A stretch of 64,000 nt of DNA from a virus, in IMG/VR virus record IMGVR_UViG_3300029922_000031, positions 41,075-105,074 of that record. The stretch is one strand, 5' to 3'. Under the pieces are notes generated by a model. That model made no database searches and was not told where the DNA came from. It worked only from the letters and a program-made list of their open reading frames with translations. The translations under genes and the position numbers were made by a program. Below are positions 58,320-64,000 of the stretch, in pieces (position 1 is the stretch's first letter; each line of letters opens with the position of its first letter).

Positions 58320-58648
58320 ACGACGAGGTCAGCACTGAACACCCGGCCGAACCAGAGAAGAGGGGCATTCGCCCGCCACCGCGCCGGCGCAGCTTGCTCG
58401 AGGCGCGCGAACGGGTCGCTGAACAGCCGGCGCCCGATCATCTGGCGACGCCAACCGACGGCGGCTATCGCAATTTCGTCGATCTCGGCTTCAAGGTCGA
58501 GCCCTGGTTCAAGCGCCGCTACGCGATCGAGGCGGCCTTCCGCGGTCTGAGCAAGAAGGATCTGATGCTGGCCTGCTTCCAGGCGTTTCTGGATGCAAAC
58601 GGCGGGACGATGGAGAAGGCCAAAGCCGACTCAATGGTCGGCGACTAG
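58316..58648 (+). CDS. ParA partner, probable ribbon-helix-helix centromere-binding protein
   Basis: ATGA overlap with parA; flexible N-terminus then VDLGFKV..WFKRRY.IEAA.RGLS.KDL RHH-like pattern. Confidence 0.7.
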   Translation: MNDEVSTEHPAEPEKRGIRPPPRRRSLLEARERVAEQPAPDHLATPTDGGYRNFVDLGFKVEPWFKRRYAIEAAFRGLSKKDLMLACFQAFLDANGGTMEKAKADSMVGD

Positions 58649-59089
58649 ACGCTTCTGCCAGTAGAGGGAGTGCTCGAACGCCCAGCGCGTCATCGGGTCG
58701 AACAGACGATAGCCGCATGCCATCAGATTGTTCGAGGAATGAACGTTCTCGGTCGTATCGGAGACCATGCGAATGAGGCCAAGCGCGCGGGCCTTCTCCT
58801 CACGCACGGCGATCAGACGCTTCTGGAGGCCATAGCCGCGAGCCCGTGGCATGACGCCCGAGCGCGCTAGATAGCCAGCGCCAGGCGTCGCGGCGGCGCG
58901 GCGCAGGCAGCAGAAACCAACCGGGGTGTCATCGTCCCACACGACCCACCAGTAGCCCTCCTTGAGCGACGGGCAGTCGATCTCGTCGCCGAAGCATTCC
59001 TCGTGTATATCGATGATCGCGAGGCGCGTGAGCGACTGGCGACAGTCGGCATGACGGATTGCGAATGTTGGGGCTTCAACGAGCGACAT
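58631..59089 (-). CDS. GNAT N-acetyltransferase
   Basis: PVGF, YLARSGVMPRARGYGLQKRL, N..S.NNL..CGY. Confidence 0.85.
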   Translation of the reverse strand: MSLVEAPTFAIRHADCRQSLTRLAIIDIHEECFGDEIDCPSLKEGYWWVVWDDDTPVGFCCLRRAAATPGAGYLARSGVMPRARGYGLQKRLIAVREEKARALGLIRMVSDTTENVHSSNNLMACGYRLFDPMTRWAFEHSLYWQKRLVADH

Positions 59090-59092
59090 AGA

Positions 59093-59593
59093 TCACCGGC
59101 GCTTCTTGGCTTTGGACTTCTTGGCTTTGGACGGCGCCTCGAGATTTCGGATGTCGAAATGAGCGATGTCACCGCCGGTGGCTGAGTCGCAGAGTGAGGC
59201 GATCTCGATCGCTTTTGTTGCCGATGCGCCCATATGCATCGCGGCGTATGCCGCTTCCATGCCCGAGCCGCCGGCGATGAATTCGGCGGTCACTTGCCGC
59301 CATGCGCCATTTTCGATCGAGAAAATTCTGCCATCCCACTGGGCGACAAGAATCAGAATGTCGTCGCATCCAGAGAATCTGAAGACCTCGCCTGAGATCC
59401 AGGGTAGCGCCGACAAGGACTCCATCCCGCGAACCACGTCGAGTGCATCGGCGAGCGCGCCGCAAACACCGTAGACGACGCCGTGGCGCTGGCTAACGAT
59501 GAGCTTTCGAATCGCCTCCGGCACGATCACCGAACTGACCGTCGCTCTGGAGTCGGCGGCGATGATGCCGTCACGAATTGCGAGCGTGGTCAT
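59093..59593 (-). CDS. HslV/proteasome-like Ntn-hydrolase
   Basis: N-terminal MTT(L)A.......ADSRAT, GSG...A.AAM..GA.A..AI.IA..CD..TGG. Confidence 0.82.
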   Translation of the reverse strand: MTTLAIRDGIIAADSRATVSSVIVPEAIRKLIVSQRHGVVYGVCGALADALDVVRGMESLSALPWISGEVFRFSGCDDILILVAQWDGRIFSIENGAWRQVTAEFIAGGSGMEAAYAAMHMGASATKAIEIASLCDSATGGDIAHFDIRNLEAPSKAKKSKAKKRR

Positions 59594-59624
59594 TGGATCT
59601 CTCAGCTAGGAGGGCGCGGATCTC

Positions 59625-60332
59625 TCAGGCGGGAAAGGCGTGGTGAACGGCCTCGCAGGGCGTGCCGAGCGTCTGGGCGACGACCACGGCGGCAGCAGCG
59701 TTCGGGTAGCGCAGCGCGATGTTGACGTCGGCCCCGAAGGCGGTCCCGTTCCACCAGGCCGGCACGAAGACCGGTACGGCGGGCTTGGCGCGAAGTACCC
59801 AAGCCATCGTGACGTTGGAGTGATGCGCCGGCGCGCTCGAGGTCGCGGCTGCGGCTGCTTCTGCCGCGGTGGGAGTGTGCTCGGCGACCTTGAAGTGAGC
59901 GGCAGGGGTAGCCGCAGCGATCGCTCCCGTCGCGCCGGCGTTGCTCGTTGCATAAGCAGGACCGGTCGAGCCCGTCGCGCCGCCACCCCCGCCGCCAGCC
60001 AGGGTCGCACCCGTCGCACCCGTCGCACCCGTCGCACCCGTCGCAGCAGGCGCGACGACCGCGGCGTGGCTCACGTAGATCTCCCAGTCGCCGGCGAGCG
60101 TATCGCCAATCGAAGGCGCCCATACGGAAATGCTGCCGTCGACGTTCTTAATGTCGAGATGATGGTTGTAGGAGATCTGCGTTCCGGCCGGGAAGATGCC
60201 CAGTAGCGGCGCGCGATTGACGATGAAGGTGGAGCCGGGAACAAGGAAGACGAACATCCCCTTGCCGTTCCAGCCGGCGCGCGAGACACATTCGCCCGCA
60301 TGAAGGACCTTAAGTGCGCCACCGAAATCCAT
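59625..60332 (-). CDS. tad2: Tad2 (DUF2829) anti-defence sponge domain fused to a collagen-like linker and C-terminal domain
   Basis: MDFGGAL..L..G..V.R.GWNGKGMFVFLV...LDIK..DG....W.PS..D.LA.DW in the first ~86 aa; then ATG(ATG)3 tripeptides and a further ~100 aa. Confidence 0.82.
   Translation of the reverse strand: MDFGGALKVLHAGECVSRAGWNGKGMFVFLVPGSTFIVNRAPLLGIFPAGTQISYNHHLDIKNVDGSISVWAPSIGDTLAGDWEIYVSHAAVVAPAATGATGATGATGATLAGGGGGGATGSTGPAYATSNAGATGAIAAATPAAHFKVAEHTPTAAEAAAAATSSAPAHHSNVTMAWVLRAKPAVPVFVPAWWNGTAFGADVNIALRYPNAAAAVVVAQTLGTPCEAVHHAFPA
60004..60045. repeat. 9-bp tandem repeat (gtcgcaccc) x4.7 encoding Ala-Thr-Gly
   Basis: Direct reading of the sequence. Confidence 0.95.
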
Positions 60333-60419
60333 CGATCTCTCCTGTTAGTTGCCCGGCCCGAGGTAAAGGAGACAAACCCTCGGGCCGGGCACTGTGCCGG
60401 CGTGAAACGCGCGCCGGGA

Positions 60420-60986
60420 TTAGCCGGTGACGGTGATCTGGAAGGCAGCCGAGATGCTGTCGCCAGCGTCGTCGGTCAGCGTCACGGCGAAGATGAAGAC
60501 GCCGTCGGTGGTGGGCGTGCCGCTGAAGTGACCATTGGTCGCCATCGTGACTCCCGGAGGCAGGAGCGTCGGGTCGACAACCGCGGCGCTGTAGCCGCTA
60601 CCCGAACCGCCGATGAACGCCATCGAGGTGTCGGTGTAGGCCGAGCTCTTGGTCGCGGCGCCCAGCGTGAAGCTCGAATTGAAGTTGAGCAGCGGGTTGT
60701 TCTGAGTCTTGGCCGAGGAGATGCGGCCGGGGATCGAGATGTAGTTGGTCAGGTCGAGCTCGGCGGCGCCGGCGACCGGATCGGTATTGACCGGGCTGGG
60801 CAGAATGCCACCCGCATTCGACTGCGAGACGTAGGGGTTCGCAGCGATCGCGGCGGCGTTGGCGAGAATGGCCGTGTTGAGATCGGTCAGGACGGCGATC
60901 GCAGCGAGAACCGCAGCCTTCGTGTTCGCATCCGCGATCAGATTGGCGGCGGTCGTGGCAGTCGTGATGTCCGCGGTGGTGGTCAT
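60420..60986 (-). CDS. Putative-Ig (He_PIG-like) domain protein
   Basis: C-terminal LPPGVTM...G.FSGTPT..G.F.F.VT.TD..G......F.ITV. Confidence 0.78.
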   Translation of the reverse strand: MTTTADITTATTAANLIADANTKAAVLAAIAVLTDLNTAILANAAAIAANPYVSQSNAGGILPSPVNTDPVAGAAELDLTNYISIPGRISSAKTQNNPLLNFNSSFTLGAATKSSAYTDTSMAFIGGSGSGYSAAVVDPTLLPPGVTMATNGHFSGTPTTDGVFIFAVTLTDDAGDSISAAFQITVTG

Positions 60987-61056
60987 TTCAGAGGTGATCC
61001 TTATAGGGAATTGGATAAGTCAATACTGACAGACAACTGAACCGAAGTCTAGGCCC

Positions 61057-61362
61057 TCAAATGCCAGAGCCGGGAGGCACGATGCCGAGAGCGGGAATCT
61101 CTTCCCAGACGGCGACTGAAGTGCCGGCGGTCGAGATCGCCGTAAAGGCGTCCTGCGAATCTTCGCGCGGCAGAAAGTCTTCCTTCGCCCCGGCAGCGTA
61201 GTTGTCGCCGACGTTTGCGACCGCAGCCGCAAGGCCCGGCGCAACGGTGAAGGGATTGGCGCCGACATTCATCCAGCGCAGACCGGTGCGGTTGGGATTG
61301 GCGGCGACGAGCAACGTGGACGTCGCGGCCGCCAGAGTGACAATAGTTTGCTTCCAGCTCAT
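61057..61362 (-). CDS. Small beta-rich hypothetical protein
   Basis: STLLVAANPNR.GL...N.G pattern seen in phage accessory proteins; GAGG RBS before ATG 61362. Confidence 0.6.
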   Translation of the reverse strand: MSWKQTIVTLAAATSTLLVAANPNRTGLRWMNVGANPFTVAPGLAAAVANVGDNYAAGAKEDFLPREDSQDAFTAISTAGTSVAVWEEIPALGIVPPGSGI

Positions 61363-61401
61363 CGGGCGGTCCTCAAGAAGATCAGTCAATACTAACTGAT
61401 T

Positions 61402-61884
61402 TCAGCGGACAGGGCTAGAACTTTCCTTCCAGATCGCGCGGATCGCCGCTGCAACCGCCGGATAGGAGCGCGGATGCAGATGATCGCGCCCCGGAACGTA
61501 GGAGACTGTCTGAATGTGACGCGCGGCCGCGACACTGGCGATATGCGCCCGCGCCGAGTTGACGCCCGGCGGCAGAATCAGAACGAACTGGCCGGCGTCG
61601 ATGTGATTGATGATCGCCTCGAGACATGGACCGGGCGCGTCGTTGACGCCGGCGGAGATTGCGAAATGATCGAAATGACCGACCGCCAAGGGGACCTCGT
61701 GCTTGAGGATCCAGCACGACGACATGCGCTCGCGCGCGAAGGTCGCGACGTGGAGCGCATGACCCGTACCGAACGCGATCGAATCGCCGGCGGCGCCGTC
61801 TCGAGCAAACGCCGTCGCGACGCTTATCGTCACATAGAGAACGACGAGAAACGTCAGCTTGGCGCGCTTAGCGAACTTGGACAT
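61402..61884 (-). CDS. Secreted SGNH/GDSL-like esterase
   Basis: Signal peptide, GDSIA (block I), SAGVND (block III), DHLHP (block V). Confidence 0.75.
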   Translation of the reverse strand: MSKFAKRAKLTFLVVLYVTISVATAFARDGAAGDSIAFGTGHALHVATFARERMSSCWILKHEVPLAVGHFDHFAISAGVNDAPGPCLEAIINHIDAGQFVLILPPGVNSARAHIASVAAARHIQTVSYVPGRDHLHPRSYPAVAAAIRAIWKESSSPVR

Positions 61885-62380
61885 AGGCCACCACTTGCCG
61901 GGGACTGACTTCGCCATCGGCGACGCGATGACCCCAATTGCCGGAAGTAAGGAGAATGTTGCCGTCGGGCGCGCGGCCGCCGTAGAAGCCGACGTGATGC
62001 GGCATGACCACCAGGTCCCCCTGCTTAGGATTGCCTGTGTGTGGGCCATAGCTCAGCGCCGAGCTCGCCATGCCGTTCTTCAGCGGCTTGTGGCCGGTGC
62101 GCTCGAGGACGAACGACACGAACCAGGCGCACCAGGCGCCGGCCTTGCCGGTGGGGTTGTTGGCGCCGATCCAGCGCTTAGCCTCGCCCAGCGGGCCGCT
62201 GACGAAACCGAATGAAGTAACCGGGCCGTTCTGATAGGCGCTCAGCTCACTACAGCCGGTTCGACCGCAGGCCGCGGCCGGCTTCGAGCCAAGTTCGACG
62301 ATGAGCAAGGCTACGAAAAGCCAGAGAAGGACGCCGATGAGAAGTCGTATCTTCAGGTGGGCGCGCAAATACTTGAACAA
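61868..62380 (-). CDS. CHAP/NlpC-like (TIGR02594-type) peptidoglycan hydrolase with N-terminal TM/signal
   Basis: AWCAWFV...L, A.S...YG, GDLVV..HHVGFY, SGN. Confidence 0.8.
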   Translation of the reverse strand: MFKYLRAHLKIRLLIGVLLWLFVALLIVELGSKPAAACGRTGCSELSAYQNGPVTSFGFVSGPLGEAKRWIGANNPTGKAGAWCAWFVSFVLERTGHKPLKNGMASSALSYGPHTGNPKQGDLVVMPHHVGFYGGRAPDGNILLTSGNWGHRVADGEVSPRQVVAYVQVR

Positions 62381-62464
62381 ATTCAGCTCCGGTGTCGCGG
62401 TTGAGCCACGACCTTACCGAAAGCGGTCAAATAAGTCAATTTTGACTGTCACAATGGGCGGGAA

Positions 62465-62717
62465 TGTCTCTCGTGAGCGCGAGCCCTACTTCGCGACGCG
62501 CCGGCACTAGTCCAGGGAATCGGGTTCGTTCACCATTCGACGAGGACTGAGATCGCACACTCCCTGCGGTCGAGCTCGTTAGCCAGAGCTCACATCGCAG
62601 GTTGCGGAGTAATTGATCTCAAAGCCTTGTTAAGGCCCAGACCCGCTTCGTATGACAAAGTACCGTCGCCCGGCGGGTCTGATCTATCTCGAAGGCTGGA
62701 AGCTCTCACGAGAGACA
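62465..62717 (-). ncRNA. Candidate 253-nt structured non-coding RNA
   Basis: 13-bp perfect terminal stem (62465-62477 with 62705-62717), several internal stems, and an extended -10 TGcTATAAC placing +1 at about 62717. Confidence 0.65.
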
Positions 62718-62735
62718 ATTCACGTTATAGCAGCT

Positions 62736-62984
62736 TCAGCGCGGGCGTTTGTCGTAAAACACGTCGATGCAGAAGGCGCCGGAGGGTCGATAGACCCACA
62801 GTCGCCAGCCGCGGTAGACGCCGTAGCTCTCCGTTGACGGATTGAGGTTCGTCACCTTCAGCGAAACCAGCTTCCACCACGGCCAAACGCTCGGACCGTG
62901 CTCGGGCTGAATGAGGAGTTTGGCTTTGAACGAGATGTTGGTCGAGAAGACCATCAGCCGGCGCAGCTTGAACGAGATTCTCAC
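62736..62984 (-). CDS. Small hypothetical protein (paralog of 52009-52254)
   Basis: GTG start overlaps the upstream TGA; LNP..E.....G.RLW.Y motif. Confidence 0.55.
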   Translation of the reverse strand: MRISFKLRRLMVFSTNISFKAKLLIQPEHGPSVWPWWKLVSLKVTNLNPSTESYGVYRGWRLWVYRPSGAFCIDVFYDKRPR

Positions 62985-63151
62985 GAGACCACCTTCAGGT
63001 CGACGACCTTCGGGTTCGGGAATGTGCCAACATCCACCAGGGCCTTCGACCACTCACTCAGAGACCAGGCTCCGACGATCTTGTCGTCGACCAGCGCCCG
63101 GACGATCGAGCCGTCTTCGCTTTTCTGAATCGACAGCTTGCACTCGATCAC
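62981..63151 (-). CDS. Small hypothetical protein (56 aa)
   Basis: GGAGG RBS + GTG; MIECKLSIQKSEDGSIVRALVDDKIVGAWSLSEWSKALVDV...; below the track cutoff. Confidence 0.55.
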   Translation of the reverse strand: MIECKLSIQKSEDGSIVRALVDDKIVGAWSLSEWSKALVDVGTFPNPKVVDLKVVS

Positions 63152-63236
63152 AGGCAGCCTCCCTCTCCGAATTTCACCCCCTGTCCCGCAGGACAGGGGC
63201 CGTGGCTTTCAGGCCACGCGGCCCGTTCGGGCAAAT

Positions 63237-63313
63237 TGGTTGCGCGAGAGGGATTTGAACCCTCGACCTCCAGGGTATGAACCTGGCGAGCTCCCGGACT
63301 GCTTCACCGCGCT
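63237..63313 (-). tRNA. tRNA-Met(CAT), initiator (fMet)-like, CCA encoded
   Basis: 77-nt cloverleaf AGCGCGG...CCAGG-TTCATAC-CCTGG...GAGGG-TTCAAAT-CCCTC-TCGCGCA-ACCA; 1:72 mismatch; promoter TTGCCA-N17-TATTCC upstream. Confidence 0.93.
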
Positions 63314-63816
63314 GGGATGAGGAATACCTCAGTTCGATCGACTTGGCAAGTCAGTTTTGACTGTCGGGACGCGCTGGCCCTGCCCGCCGGGTTGTCTCCC
63401 AACTGAGTGGCAAGGATGCGGTGACAAGGATCTGTAGGTATTCCTGTAGTTTTGGGGCCGAAGTGACAAGGATAGGTTTTGGGTTGGCGAGCAATGGCGG
63501 CATAGCTCCCGAACTGTGGCATTTATATCTAAGACTTGTGTTCTTCCAGCCACAGTGAGTCTAATACGCCACACTGTACGAGAACACAATTCAAACACAA
63601 TCTAAACACAATTGACGCAACGTGTGACTATACCGCCATAGTGAGTCAATTGAGCCATAGTGTGTCCAACCGACCTCACTGTTGCATGAAAGACATGCGG
63701 AATCTTTGTGCAGTGCCATGCAAACTATTTTCGACGCCGCGCTTGCGTTTCGACGCGCAATCGCTACATTCAATCTTGCGACTGATTGAGTCGCGACACG
63801 CAAGAGAGTAATTCAA

Positions 63817-64000
63817 ATGTCTCACAAGCAATTCTCACTGTCTGACTACGCGAACGCAGAGCGCGACGACGCAGAGCGCGACAATGATCTTTTCGACGTT
63901 GCGATTGCGCTCTGCAATGCAAACGACGACGCAGAGCGCGACGACGCAGAGCGCGACGACGCAGAGCGCGACAATCAGTTGTTCGACAATGCGCGCTTGC
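63817..64000 (+). CDS. Acidic AERDD-repeat protein, 3'-truncated
   Basis: ATG 63817 after AAGAGAG; MSHKQFSLSDYANAERDDAERDNDLFDVAIALCNANDDAERDDAERDDAERDNQLFDNARL; upstream CTTGCG-N16-CTACAT promoter-like sequence. Confidence 0.6.
   Translation, partial: MSHKQFSLSDYANAERDDAERDNDLFDVAIALCNANDDAERDDAERDDAERDNQLFDNARL

Larger units (their letters stand above)
1824..63362. promoter_or_regulatory. Dispersed 14-bp palindromic operator A(G/A)TCA-N4-TGA(C/T)T (>25 copies)
   Basis: Exact or near copies start at 1824, 4682, 7190, 10624, 13343, 16363, 20383, 22343, 24392, 25130, 33632, 39714, 40628, 40673, 43439, 44420, 44479, 47301, 50686, 53367, 54987, 56880, 61018, 61384, 62434 and 63349; almost all intergenic. 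Confidence 0.88.

Noticed and set aside
63160-63236. tRNA-associated theta/HDV-like ribozyme
   Set aside because: The tRNA already encodes CCA, and I could not build the nested double pseudoknot; only simple hairpins are evident.
63237-63313. tRNA as a prophage attachment site
   Set aside because: No integrase or duplicated tRNA 3' end in the window; the tRNA has its own operator-linked promoter and the element encodes plasmid replication functions.
63549-63666. T7/SP6-like promoter resemblance (TAATACGccaCACTgTA; ATAGTGAGTC)
   Set aside because: Only partial matches, and no single-subunit RNA polymerase in the window; better explained by the local GCCAYASTG repeats.
63856-63975. CRISPR-like array
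   Set aside because: Units are 15-bp tandem in-frame coding repeats without unique spacers, and no cas genes are present.

Overview
This window is about 64 kb of a large temperate siphovirus-like phage-plasmid of an alphaproteobacterial host. It combines a repC-only replicon with antisense ctRNA and a separate type Ib parA locus, and its gene order resembles SSU5/pHCM2-type and rhizobial plasmid-prophages. From left to right: a sigma-like gene, a MoxR-AAA/VWA pair, an HTH regulator and repC; a replication block (ligase, primase, DnaB helicase, an Hfq-like protein, PhoH); a GT4 glycosyltransferase with a collagen/CBM fibre; a T5 A1 homolog; lysis genes; a lambda-like tail (J, I, K, L, M, tape measure, G/GT frameshift); head genes; terminase; a ParB-ParB-ABC-GNAT cluster; an SF2 helicase, dNMP kinase and parA; an accessory island with a Tad2 fusion; a structured ncRNA; and an initiator-like tRNA-Met. 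The most notable signals are (1) a LAGLIDADG intein in terL that is broken into two overlapping reading frames, (2) a promoter-defined 253-nt RNA closed by a 13-bp terminal stem, (3) a final 262 bp with no GG or CC dinucleotide, possibly linked to a packaging-coupled DNA-modification cluster, (4) more than 25 copies of an A(G/A)TCA-N4-TGA(C/T)T palindrome at intergenic promoters, and (5) a Tad2 sponge domain fused to a collagen-like tail. All family calls come from motif recognition by eye; no database search was run.
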